64,000 nucleotides of DNA from Candidatus Levyibacteriota bacterium (GTDB lineage Bacteria > Patescibacteriota > Microgenomatia > Levybacterales > GWA1-39-11), in NCBI GenBank assembly GCA_039738415.1, contig JBCLLY010000001.1, positions 53,621-117,620 on the forward strand, in the 5' to 3' direction. A model generated the notes under the pieces. The model was not told the DNA's origin. It worked only from the letters and a program-made list of their open reading frames with translations, and ran no database searches. Positions 37,210 through 46,819 of this stretch are shown in pieces (within the stretch, counting starts at the first letter, position 1; the number at the start of each line of letters is the position of its first letter). The position numbers were made by a program, and so were the translations under genes.

Positions 37210-37845
37210 TTAATTTCCTTCCCGCAGCCATTTGGCACCGGCATAGACTAAAGGACTACTACTCATCCCCCAGATAATTTTAAAAATAAGATATGGAATT
37301 ATCATTTGTATAATAAAGCCAAATGTAAACATAGGTGTCAGCATATAAAAAGCTAAAAACATAAATACGAAAGTATCAATTGTCATAGACATAAAAGTCG
37401 ACAGATTTGTTCTGAGCCAAAGCATCTTTCCCTTGGTCTGAACTTTCCAAAAATTAAATGACCAGACATCGTGAAACTGAGAAAGAAGAAATGCTGTAAT
37501 TGAGGCAAAAACAATGCGTGCTGAAGTTCCAAATATAGTCTTGTATTCTTCATTATGGGCAAAACGGCTAGCAGGAGGCAATACGACAAATAGTATTATA
37601 AAAAATAAAAATACGATAAGAGTTATTACTCCCGCGATAATAAAATCGTGCGCTTTTTTCTTTCCATAAACTTCTTCAACGATGTCTGTAATTAGAAACG
37701 AAAGCGGAACTATTAAAAAGGCAACGGACACCTGGAACGGTCCGAACGGAACAATTTTTCCGCCCAAAACGTTCATGGCGATAAGAAACCCGATAAACAA
37801 ACCGAAAATTATATAAAGTCTTAATTCTTTTGAGATTGCAAACAT
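37210..37845 (-). CDS. YhhQ/DUF165-family membrane protein (queuosine-precursor transporter family)
   Basis: Multi-TM protein with ...FLITDIVEEVYGKK... conserved block. Confidence 0.45.
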   Translation of the reverse strand: MFAISKELRLYIIFGLFIGFLIAMNVLGGKIVPFGPFQVSVAFLIVPLSFLITDIVEEVYGKKKAHDFIIAGVITLIVFLFFIILFVVLPPASRFAHNEEYKTIFGTSARIVFASITAFLLSQFHDVWSFNFWKVQTKGKMLWLRTNLSTFMSMTIDTFVFMFLAFYMLTPMFTFGFIIQMIIPYLIFKIIWGMSSSPLVYAGAKWLREGN

Positions 37846-37869
37846 GAATGCAATTCTAGCAAAAAATTA

Positions 37870-38640
37870 AGCTAATAACAATTGGATTGGAAAATTTGAA
37901 TTGCTGAATGTGAATGAGTGCCGTGTCCCGAATTGATATCGGGACACGGCACAGAACTTGCGAGCGATGGAAGGATGTGAGCCCTCCTGTTGAACTTCCG
38001 CTTGAATTGGCGTCTCCGGTTTTGGATCAGATCTGTGAGCTGTTCGAACTCGTCTTGCCGACGAGGCAGATCTGGCAAGGCAGATCAGGCACAGTATCTG
38101 TCGGGCTAGGCTCAGGCACACATGGTATGAATGGTGGCTGACGTGGTCGTGAATCATCAGGGCATTGCGTTGATTGGTACGGTTGTGCGCTATCAGAACA
38201 CACAACCACTAGAAAAAGCACAAATAGTGCCGGGATGAAATACCGCATGATTGTCCTACCTTACAAGGATTGCAAGCGCCGTATCGTAGATTTCGCGCGA
38301 CGTGAATCGCGTGATGTGGGTCCTTCCGGGAACAACATGTACCCAAACGGCCACTTCGAGATTGCTCTCAAAAGGCACGCTAAGTCTGCTCCCCTTCGTA
38401 CCAGGCAAGATGTTTCCATCTTTGATGACGATTCCCCGGCGCATGCGCCTGAAAACCTTGAGTCATTCCCGCGAAAGCGGGAATCTATGTCCTGGATCCC
38501 GTATCCCATTCGACAGGTTCGACAAGCTCACTGCAGGCAAGCTCAGGGCAGGCAAGTACGGGATGACAAAACCTCTCGTCCCGCTTTGCGGGACTTTTGT
38601 CCGATACATATCGGACCTCGCAAGTTATTAAAGAACTAAT
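37870..38640. repeat. GC-rich non-coding block packed with palindromic elements (GTCATTCCCGCGAAAGCGGGAATC, GTCCTGGATCCCGTA...TACGGGATGAC, GTCCCGCTTTGCGGGAC)
   Basis: Many short overlapping ORFs on both strands with no coherent frame. Strong inverted repeats throughout. Confidence 0.5.
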
Positions 38641-38803
38641 TCCACCCCCCTAAGCACAGCAAATGCACTTATTCGAGTGAATTTATGGAAATATTCTACC
38701 ACAAAAGAGGCAAATAGTCAGATATACCTCCGAAGTGTATCAGGTAGGACACATCGGGATAAATTGAAATTGTAAAATTAAATTGAGCCAAAAGGTCCCG
38801 CTA

Positions 38804-38881
38804 AGCGGGACGACTTACTCTTTATCCCAGTACAAATCGTGCTTACCCATGTGAGCCAACGGTCCCGCTAAGCGGGACGAC
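38804..38881. repeat. two tandem copies of GGTCCCGCTAAGCGGGACGACTT(A/G)CTCTTTA
   Basis: 38804-38824 and 38861-38881. Confidence 0.7.
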
Positions 38882-38909
38882 TTGCTCTTTACCTGCCCGC
38901 CAATGCTTG

Positions 38910-38982
38910 AGCCGACTATCAGATTCGAACTGATGACCTACGCTTTACGAAAGCGCCGCTCTACCAGCTGAGCTAAGTCGGC
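38910..38982 (-). tRNA. tRNA-Thr (anticodon CGT)
   Basis: Acceptor GCCGACT, D-arm GCTC-AGCTGGTA-GAGC, anticodon stem GCGCT/AGCGT with loop UUCGUAA, T-arm ATCAG-TTCGAAT-CTGAT. Confidence 0.85.
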
Positions 38983-39182
38983 ATAGGCGAATGCAGGCAG
39001 GCGAAAGCGTTACCCCGCCTGCAACGCCCTGCTTGCAGTGGCGGGCAGGTCTACCAGCTGTCCGATGAGTGATTAATATCGCTATCGGACTCCGATCTCG
39101 CGCATCGGAGAGCTACATCGGCACAGACTAAATTATAGCAAAGAAAATTGCTTTTTATATGTAGTTTAAGATAACTTTAGAT

Positions 39183-40769
39183 ATGACCGGTTTTAAAAAA
39201 ATCATAAAAAAACGAATAAGAATTTTTCTTCTTCTTTTCTTTATTCTAATAACGCTTATCATACTCTCGATAACATTGATTTTGGTTCAAACTCAGAAAG
39301 ATACCCGTAGTCGCGCCGCGTCGGGGACTTGCACCGTAGATAGTCCAATTATAGTTGATCTGGTAGAACAGGAGTTTTTACAAATCCTAAATGACAAAAG
39401 AGAAGGGATGGGAAGAGGCAAACTTAGACCCTCACAAACCCTGACAAAAGCCGCACAATGGCAAGCAGAAGACCTAAAGCAGCACAACTCATTTTCTCAT
39501 TATGACTCTCTGGGAAGGATTACGCAGGAAAGATTTTTAGCCTGCGGAATATCCGCAACCACCGCTGGCGGAGAAAATATAGCAATGGCCACCAACGCCC
39601 AAAATGCATTCAATGCTTGGCAGAATTCCCCTAGACATAAGACAACTATGGAAAATGGAAGCTTTTCCCAAACGGGAATTGCCAGGGTTCAGCAAGGAAA
39701 CACGTGGCTTTGGGTACAAACTTTTAGCAGTGGCAATGACGGAACCTCTCCGGAGCTCGAGGGATCAAACACTCCCACCGCAACTCCTACTTCTACACCT
39801 TCACTGACGCCAACACCGACAACGGTTCAGGGGGAAGAATATGCTCATTCATTAAGTATTTGGTTTTCCAAAGCAAGCTATCAATACGGAGAAAATATGA
39901 ACATTGGTTGGCAATTAAGTCCAGCTCTTCAGCTTTTTTACGTTAATGGAATACTTGTATGTAATGGAACTAGAATTAGAACCTGGCGAATCGAACAATC
40001 CGGTGGCTCCGGTAAATATCAATGGCTTATCATTGGAAGCTACAGTCCCACAAGCCCTACCACGTGTACCGTAACGCTTACTGCAGATACGGGTACAGCT
40101 ACTGCTGTAATCGCAAGAAATAACGCTTTAATAAGTTTTGGTACCTTGTCACCCACCGCAACTCCTACTTCTACTCCTTCACTGACGCCAACACCGACTA
40201 ATGTTCCTGTATTAACAGCGACTCCAATTCTAATCTCTCAAGCGCCCTCTTCAACTCCAACATCAATTCCGACCACGACACCTCCACCAAATACAACGAC
40301 AATTAAATTTTCATTTAAGCTCGTAGGAATTGGCGCAAATACCTCTCTAGGACAAAATCCCAACCCCAAAAGACCTCAAAGAAGCCTTCCTGTTTTGATC
40401 TCGAAAACTATTAGCACCGTCACAATTGCTCAATACAATCCTATTACTTCACTTTTTGAGGGGACACTTTATCTTCCTAACGAATACCTTAAGCCTGAAA
40501 ACAACATAACTTTTATACTTAAAAGCATGCTGGAACATAAAGTCTTTTTATCCTCCCTCCTAACCGGCAATACCATTCCGCAATTTACATTTAGAAGCGG
40601 CGACATTACCTCAAGTGGCACTATTGACTTGAATGACTACATAGATATGATTGCCTGCATAAAAGAAATACGCTGTACACCGGACAAATCTAGCATAGAT
40701 CTTAATGACGACTCACTCGTAGATATCCTTGATTTGAATATTTTGTTCAGAAGTTTCTTGAAAAATTAG
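39183..40769 (+). CDS. secreted CAP (SCP/PR-1-like, YkwD-type) domain protein with Thr/Pro linkers and a C-terminal dockerin-like repeat
   Basis: N-terminal TM/signal; CAP block ...HYDSLGRITQERFLACGISATTAGGENIAMA...WQNSPRHKTTM...; C-terminal IDLNDDSLVDILDLNILF. Confidence 0.55.
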   Translation: MTGFKKIIKKRIRIFLLLFFILITLIILSITLILVQTQKDTRSRAASGTCTVDSPIIVDLVEQEFLQILNDKREGMGRGKLRPSQTLTKAAQWQAEDLKQHNSFSHYDSLGRITQERFLACGISATTAGGENIAMATNAQNAFNAWQNSPRHKTTMENGSFSQTGIARVQQGNTWLWVQTFSSGNDGTSPELEGSNTPTATPTSTPSLTPTPTTVQGEEYAHSLSIWFSKASYQYGENMNIGWQLSPALQLFYVNGILVCNGTRIRTWRIEQSGGSGKYQWLIIGSYSPTSPTTCTVTLTADTGTATAVIARNNALISFGTLSPTATPTSTPSLTPTPTNVPVLTATPILISQAPSSTPTSIPTTTPPPNTTTIKFSFKLVGIGANTSLGQNPNPKRPQRSLPVLISKTISTVTIAQYNPITSLFEGTLYLPNEYLKPENNITFILKSMLEHKVFLSSLLTGNTIPQFTFRSGDITSSGTIDLNDYIDMIACIKEIRCTPDKSSIDLNDDSLVDILDLNILFRSFLKN

Positions 40770-41246
40770 CCTAGAAAAATATAATTAGCGGAAAAAGGCT
40801 CAGCCTCAGGATTTAGTGTTCAAAAGCGGTCAAACATAGTCATTTAACTACCTAAATATATCAACTCTTTGTGGTAATTTTTTAATCAATTATTTCGAGG
40901 GTAAGTTTGCAGGCTTACTAGCTTCTAGCTACTAGCTCTTGTGTCTAATTTCCAATAATTTCGGCTCGAAAGTCTTTGGAACGCACCGATTTCCCTAATA
41001 TCTAAGTGAGTAAGACTCATTCATCCCGCAAAGCGGAACAAATATATGTCTCGTACCCTCAAATACATGATCGAGAATACTCGTATTGATTAGTGTAGAG
41101 AAAAACAATTGTGCGTTTTAAAGAGCTTTAGAGCCATTCTTAGAATATCCTAGTTTTATACTCTTGTCAAGAAATTTGACCAGCTCCTACTCCTACTCCC
41201 GACAACTATTTCCAAAGGTATAGAAGTATGATTTAAAGTATAGCAG

Positions 41247-41296
41247 TATACTAGATACTAGATACTAGATACTAGATACTAGATACTAGATACCCT
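41247..41296. repeat. (ATACTAG)n heptamer array immediately upstream of uppP
   Basis: Seven perfect units ending 2 bp before the ATG. Confidence 0.85.
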
Positions 41297-41297
41297 T

Positions 41298-42080
41298 ATG
41301 GAATTATTTCACGTCATTATTCTCTCTTTTATCGAAGGTGTCACCGAATTTTTGCCTATATCCTCTACAGGACATCTGATTATTGCCTCAAGACTCTTAG
41401 CTATACCCAATACGGAATTTCTGAAAACTTTTGAAATAGCTATCCAGTCAGGCGCGGTACTTGCTGTAGTTAATCTGTATTGGACTAAATTAATAAAGGA
41501 TAAAAAACTTATTTTAAAATCATTTGTTGGACTCTTTCCTACAGTAATTTTTGGAATAGTTCTCTATCCCTTCCTGAAAAATGTATTATTTGAAAGTACT
41601 CAAACTATATCAATCTCTCTAATAGTTGGAGGCTTGGCGATACTTTTCATAGAGAATAGGCTCAAGGCTCGTGGAAATAATAATGGAAAAGATAATAGTG
41701 AATTATCGGATATTACCTATAGACAAGCCTTTTTGACGGGTTTAACCCAGAGTATCGCAATTATCCCGGGAGTAAGCAGAGCAGGCGCCAGCATATTCGG
41801 AGGAATGCTATTTGGCATGAGTAGAAAAACAGCCACGGAATTTTCATTTATACTCGCGCTTCCCACGATAGTCGCCGCAACAGGATTTGATTTAGTCCAA
41901 ACTGGACCAAGTTTTTCTCAAACCGAAATTATTTACCTAATTGTTGGAATTGGGCTTTCATTTGTAATCGCTCTACTTGCTATTAAATGGCTTCTAAAAT
42001 ACGTCTCAACACACAGCTTCACAAAATTTGCCTGGTACAGGATAGTAATAGGAATAATATTCTTACTTTTGTTTTTGTAG
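41298..42080 (+). CDS. uppP: undecaprenyl-diphosphatase
   Basis: Multi-TM protein; ...IIPGVSRAGASIFGGMLFG... BacA/UppP signature. Confidence 0.85.
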   Translation: MELFHVIILSFIEGVTEFLPISSTGHLIIASRLLAIPNTEFLKTFEIAIQSGAVLAVVNLYWTKLIKDKKLILKSFVGLFPTVIFGIVLYPFLKNVLFESTQTISISLIVGGLAILFIENRLKARGNNNGKDNSELSDITYRQAFLTGLTQSIAIIPGVSRAGASIFGGMLFGMSRKTATEFSFILALPTIVAATGFDLVQTGPSFSQTEIIYLIVGIGLSFVIALLAIKWLLKYVSTHSFTKFAWYRIVIGIIFLLLFL

Positions 42081-42158
42081 GTTAGATAAACAAACCAAAT
42101 CCTTAATTCATGATTCTTTATTCTTAATTCTTTCTTTGTTGTGTTATAATCGCCTCAA

Positions 42159-42806
42159 ATGCCGTCACGTTACGTTTTAAGAGATTTCAAACAAAACGAA
42201 TACTATCACGTCCTAAACTACGGCGTGGACAAACGCAACATCTTCGGGGACGAGGAAGACTTCCGGACTTTTCTCTACTATCTCAAAGTCTACCTTTTAC
42301 CCAAAAGTACAATTGAGGAGAAAATGCCAAATCTGCCCAAAAGAATGCTTTCTAAAAATAGAAATAGTGAAGTTGAGATAATCGCATATACTTTAATGCC
42401 AAATCATTTTCATTTGCTTTTACGTGAAAAAGAGCTGGGAGGAATTTCACTTTTTATGAAACAACTATCCAATGCCTACACTAAGTACTTCAATGAACGT
42501 CATACCCGGTCAGGAAGCCTCTTCGAGGGTCCTTTTAAGGCAGCAAACGTAAAAAGTGAGGATATAACTCAAGTAGTACGATACATTCACCTAAATTCTT
42601 TTCTGGCAGGCATTGTAGACGATCCTGAAAAATACCGCTGGTCGGATTTCCCGACTTATACTAATTCAAAGGAAGTAAATATTTCAAATACAAAGGTCGT
42701 AATCTCACGCTTCAACACTCCGGCAGATTACAAGCATTTCGTGCACAACTACATGGATTATGCTGAAAAGGTGAAAACTCTCGACCACATTCTGATAGAT
42801 AACTAA
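42159..42806 (+). CDS. IS200/IS605-like Y1 (HUH) transposase, RAYT-like (REP-associated tyrosine transposase)
   Basis: HUH motif MPNHFHLLL and catalytic-Tyr block VVRYIHLNSFLAGIV. Its 215-aa length fits RAYTs better than minimal IS200 TnpA. TATAAT at 42147. Confidence 0.7.
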   Translation: MPSRYVLRDFKQNEYYHVLNYGVDKRNIFGDEEDFRTFLYYLKVYLLPKSTIEEKMPNLPKRMLSKNRNSEVEIIAYTLMPNHFHLLLREKELGGISLFMKQLSNAYTKYFNERHTRSGSLFEGPFKAANVKSEDITQVVRYIHLNSFLAGIVDDPEKYRWSDFPTYTNSKEVNISNTKVVISRFNTPADYKHFVHNYMDYAEKVKTLDHILIDN

Positions 42807-42854
42807 TTAGTTGGCAGGAATAGAATTTAGGAGATAGTTCCAATGTGAGGTGGA

Positions 42855-43020
42855 TTTAAACACGAGTTTCGCACTTCATTAAAAGATAGGCATACTTTAT
42901 CAAACACCTTTGTCATCCTGAACTTGATTCAGGATCCAAAATAGATTCCGGATCAAGCTCGCCTCGCTGAGGCTTCGTCGAAGCGGGTCCGGAATGACAA
43001 GTGAGAAACTCGTGTTAAAA
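42855..43020. mobile_element. MITE-like non-autonomous element with 16-bp terminal inverted repeats (TTTAAACACGAGTTTC / GAAACTCGTGTTAAAA) enclosing a GTCATCCTGAA...CCGGAATGACAAG REP unit; flanked by 16-bp direct repeats TAGTTGGCAGGAATAG (42808 and 43082)
   Basis: Read directly; lies immediately downstream of the RAYT stop. Confidence 0.55.
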
Positions 43021-43198
43021 AGACTTTTTGGGAAAAACTGTTTATCTCAACTACTCCTACTCCTAATAACTATTAACTAGCTAGTTGGCAGGAATAGGAG
43101 CTGGAAGATAGTTTACGAAATGAATTATTGTTAACAAATGGTTTTTGGGGTTACGCTCAAACTACTCCTACTCCTACTCCTAACAACTAAATCCTAAG

Positions 43199-43411
43199 CT
43201 ATATTTCCGTTTTCATCTGAATTCCTAGAAGATAATAAATCGCTTCTTTTTTATATCGTCTGTCACCTCTGGAGTTTATACGTATTGCAGGCAACTTTCC
43301 TCTTTTGCCCCATCTTTTTATAGTTAGGGGAGAAACTCTAAGCAACTCGGCAACCTCCCGTACTGTAAGAAGATCTGGTAAATCTGCTATTGATATCTTT
43401 TGATTACTCAT
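43199..43411 (-). CDS. excisionase-family helix-turn-helix DNA-binding protein
   Basis: LLTVREVAELLRVSPLTIKRWGKRGKLPAIRI matches the Xis/MerR-type HTH. Confidence 0.55.
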   Translation of the reverse strand: MSNQKISIADLPDLLTVREVAELLRVSPLTIKRWGKRGKLPAIRINSRGDRRYKKEAIYYLLGIQMKTEI

Positions 43412-43489
43412 TTTCTAAGTCTTATACTAACCTACTATATCTAATGTAGTAGAACACATACATAGTTGTCAAGTGGCAAATTAGTCAAA

Positions 43490-43680
43490 ATTGACACGCA
43501 GGCCCTGAGTCCGCCAGCTGGCGGATCGAATGGGTCAAGACCCAAAATGAGTCGCAGACCTTGAGCGAGACTGAAGACTGATGACTGAAGACCCTTAAGA
43601 CTTAAGACTGAATACCTAAGACCCTGAGCGAAGCCAAGTCAGACTTGGGCAAGACTGAAGGATGATAGCTTTTACATTAC
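43490..43680. repeat. repeat cluster (GAGTCCGCCAGCTGGCGGATCG hairpin; GCGAAGCCAAGTCAGACTTGGGC hairpin; AAGACTTAAGACTGAAT units related to the 17672 tandem repeat)
   Basis: Read directly. Confidence 0.6.
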
Positions 43681-43903
43681 TTTGATATTAATTGTTATAT
43701 GTTAAGCACAAAGCACTATCAAAATATAACAAAAGATAACAATCAAATACTAGAAACTGGTTGCTAGAAGCTAGTTTCTAGTTACTAGACTGTGCCTTCC
43801 CCGTTGATCCGGTACTTTTACCTGCCCCGCCTGCCAGCCTTTAGAGGAAGCATGCGCAAGGGTAAAAAGTACAAAGATGAACCTGAGGTTATTTCTCTTC
43901 TTG

Positions 43904-44683
43904 TTACCCAAAAAGGCGCTCTCTTATTACATAGTAGCCAAAAATAGGCAGTGAGAGCTGTCTTTTTAATCTCCAAGGCTCCATTATTAGTCTGAAGAGC
44001 CATTCAAACCCAGCTTTCCTCAAAAATCTAGGCGCACGAATAACTTTTCCACTAATAAAATCAAAAGATCCGCCTACTCCCATAGCACAAGTTACAGGAA
44101 TACTTTCCAAATTTTCCGCTATCCACTCCTCCTGCCTGGGAAATCCTAGAGCTACAAACAGAATGTCAATGACATTTGTAGATGGTAGATGGTAGGTGGC
44201 AGATGGTAGATTTTTGTTACTAACTTGATACTTTTGCGCGGTAGTAAAACCTTCCTCATTCCAACTCTCGCCAACGTAGTTAACCACAAGACCTGGGAAC
44301 TTTTTTATTAAGCAGTCGGCAGTTTTGTCTGCTACACCTGACTCCCCACCAAAAAATCCCACCGTTAAGCCCTCTTTTGCACATTGCTCAACTAGTGAAA
44401 GCATCATATCGATACCCGAAATCCTCTCCTCAACCCCCTTTTTTAACAATCTTGATGCCATGAGCACACCTATACCATCCGGAATTGACACTTGAGCCCC
44501 ATTCAATACCTTCTGATAGGACCTATCACTCAAAGCGTGCATCATGATTTCGGGATTTGGTGTTACTATATAGAACTTTTCACTACCCCCTTTTAGTCTT
44601 TTAATAATATATTTAAGGACGTAGTCGCTATTTTGCGTGGAAACATTTGTTCCGAGAATTTTTGTTGTAGTAAGAGTGTTCAT
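43904..44683 (-). CDS. WecB/TagA/CpsF family glycosyltransferase
   Basis: 259 aa with the family-typical central region and C-terminal FEWLFRLIMEPWRL-type block. Confidence 0.65.
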   Translation of the reverse strand: MNTLTTTKILGTNVSTQNSDYVLKYIIKRLKGGSEKFYIVTPNPEIMMHALSDRSYQKVLNGAQVSIPDGIGVLMASRLLKKGVEERISGIDMMLSLVEQCAKEGLTVGFFGGESGVADKTADCLIKKFPGLVVNYVGESWNEEGFTTAQKYQVSNKNLPSATYHLPSTNVIDILFVALGFPRQEEWIAENLESIPVTCAMGVGGSFDFISGKVIRAPRFLRKAGFEWLFRLIMEPWRLKRQLSLPIFGYYVIRERLFG

Positions 44684-44973
44684 AATACTAAAGGCTACAT
44701 ATTATAAATGATTATCTCTTTATTTTCAGCTCTTCGTTCACTTTTTTTACTCTCTAATTTATACTTTAAATTCAATAATAACTATCTATCTAAATAAAAA
44801 TGTTACCTAAATAAATAGATCAGTATAATTATTTATATAAGTTACTGCTATTTTACTGTTTCTTGGTCTATCCGTGAAAACTTTTTTCATTTTTTTTGTT
44901 ATTTCGCAATTTTAATAAATTTATCTAAAAAAATTGGTTGTATATAATAATTTTATATAAGATATCTTTTAAA

Positions 44974-45981
44974 TCAGCTATTATTTATGCTTCTTTTATA
45001 GAGTTCCAGATTTTCTATAGCGACTCCCGTTCCCCTTACTACACAATATAAAGGATCTTCAGCAACATATGCCGGAACTCCAGTTTCACGTGTAACGTAT
45101 TTGTCAAAGTTGCGTAGCAACACGGTCCCACCGGTAAGAACTATACCTTTCTCTATAATATCTGACGATAACTCGGGAGGTGTCATTTCAAATACATTTC
45201 GTATGGTAGAAATTATTTTTTTTAAAATAGGCTCAATTGCTTCAAATACCTGCTCCTCAGTAATTTCCTCCTGGCGCGGCAAACCGGTAACACTATCCCG
45301 TCCGCGGATTTCCATTTTCTTGTCAGAGTTTTTTGAAGGAATAGCATTGCCTATTTTTATTTTTATTTCCTCAGATGAGCGCTCTCCTATAATAATTCCG
45401 AACTTTTTTCTAATATAATTGGCAATCGTATCCTGAAGCGCATCTCCACCAATCCTCGCCGAAGCATGATTTACAATTCCTCCGAGTGAAATAACAGCCA
45501 CGTCTGTCGTCCCTCCACCGCTGTCTAGAATCATGTGCCCGGAGGCTGCAGCAATCGGAATTTTTGCGCCAATTGCAGCCGCAAGCGGCTCTTCTATCAA
45601 ATAAACGGCACGTGCTCCTGCAGAATGGGTTGCGTCTATAACTGCACGCTTTTCCACCTGAGTCACGCCTGACGGAATACACACCATAACCTCTGGCTTA
45701 ATTAGTCTGCTTTTGCCTGAAACTTTTTGTATAAAATATTCAAGCATCGCCTCGGTAATCTGATAGTCAGCAATTACTCCATCTTTTAAAGGTCGCGAGG
45801 CTACAATATTTCCCGGAGTTCTACCAAGCATTTCTTTTGCCTCAGCTCCAACTGCTACAACTTTATTTGTGTCAGCTCTCACCGCAACAACAGTTGGCTC
45901 GTTCAAAACCACGCCCTGACCAGCAACATATACAAGAGTATTTGCGGTACCTAAATCTATTCCAATTCTTTTTCCAAACAT
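44974..45981 (-). CDS. mreB: rod shape-determining protein MreB
   Basis: Actin-fold motifs IGIDLGTANTLVYV, DSGGGTTDVAV; 335 aa. Confidence 0.9.
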   Translation of the reverse strand: MFGKRIGIDLGTANTLVYVAGQGVVLNEPTVVAVRADTNKVVAVGAEAKEMLGRTPGNIVASRPLKDGVIADYQITEAMLEYFIQKVSGKSRLIKPEVMVCIPSGVTQVEKRAVIDATHSAGARAVYLIEEPLAAAIGAKIPIAAASGHMILDSGGGTTDVAVISLGGIVNHASARIGGDALQDTIANYIRKKFGIIIGERSSEEIKIKIGNAIPSKNSDKKMEIRGRDSVTGLPRQEEITEEQVFEAIEPILKKIISTIRNVFEMTPPELSSDIIEKGIVLTGGTVLLRNFDKYVTRETGVPAYVAEDPLYCVVRGTGVAIENLELYKRSINNS

Positions 45982-46051
45982 ATATTATTAGTTATTTCGA
46001 CCAGAGGTCAATCGGCCTCTGGTCGAAGTTATTAGGAGTAGGAGTTAGTTT

Positions 46052-46408
46052 TTAAACAGTCCTTCTACTCATTACATTTAACATTTTACAAATTTCCTCT
46101 AACAGTAATTCTGCTGGAGTATATTTTTTAGATTCAGAATAACCCAAGTTTTTTGCAATTAAAATCTGAGTATCAAGCTCTAAAGCAGAACCATACGAAA
46201 TTTTGTAAAATCTTTTATAATCGTTTTCACTTTTTCGTCCATATCCTTCAGCAATATTTGATGGTATGCTGACAACTGCTCTTCTTATTTGAGATGTAAG
46301 TCCATACATTTCTTCCTTTGGAAAATCGTTCGTTAATTTATATACAGCCTCAACCAATAAAATCGCTTTTTGCCAAACAACTAACTCTTTATAAGACTTA
46401 ATTTTCAT
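46052..46408 (-). CDS. four-helix-bundle protein copy 4
   Basis: NIAEGYGRKSENDYKRFYKISYGSALELDTQILIA. Confidence 0.7.
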   Translation of the reverse strand: MKIKSYKELVVWQKAILLVEAVYKLTNDFPKEEMYGLTSQIRRAVVSIPSNIAEGYGRKSENDYKRFYKISYGSALELDTQILIAKNLGYSESKKYTPAELLLEEICKMLNVMSRRTV

Positions 46409-46410
46409 AA

Positions 46411-46468
46411 CTACTCCTACTCCTACTCCTACTCCTACTCCTACTCCTACTCCTACTCCTACTCCTAA
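46411..46468. repeat. (TACTCC)n hexamer array abutting the start codon of the minus-strand gene at 46408
   Basis: About 9.5 units. Confidence 0.85.
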
Positions 46469-46570
46469 TTAACTATATCCCAATACTACTTTTATGTATC
46501 ATTTTTAGCTTGTTTATATTCACTATATCACTTCGATTGCATGATGGCAATCGATGATGGTATATGTCAA

Positions 46571-46703
46571 ATGATGAAGACTGAATGATGAATCATGAAT
46601 AATGGATCATGAATCATGAATACTGAATGATGAATCATGAATAATGAATCATGAATACTGAATAATGGATACTCTATACTGAATACTGGATACTGAAATG
46701 AAA
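46571..46703. repeat. heptamer tandem array (TGAATCA/TGAATAA/TGAATAC units)
   Basis: Same family as the arrays at 20580, 21508, 48974, 52066 and 58255. Confidence 0.8.
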
Positions 46704-46819
46704 TGCCGGAAGTTAGATTTTTGAAGTGAGAGATGAAAAGTGTGATATAATAAATATATACTTGAAACTTCTCTAGAAAGCACTTGATTCCTGAAATTAT
46801 TTCCTAGATACTAATTAAT

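Noticed and set aside
37867-38639. Overlapping ORFs on both strands in the GC-rich block (37867-38205, 37914-38141, 38027-38248, 38235-38639, 38261-38509, 38302-38631).
   Set aside because: Mutually overlapping, no consistent frame, and the region is packed with perfect palindromes. Interpreted as a non-coding REP cluster.
45995-46050. Hairpin CGACCAGAGG...CCTCTGGTCG, considered as a terminator between mreB and the four-helix-bundle gene.
   Set aside because: No T-run follows the stem on either strand.
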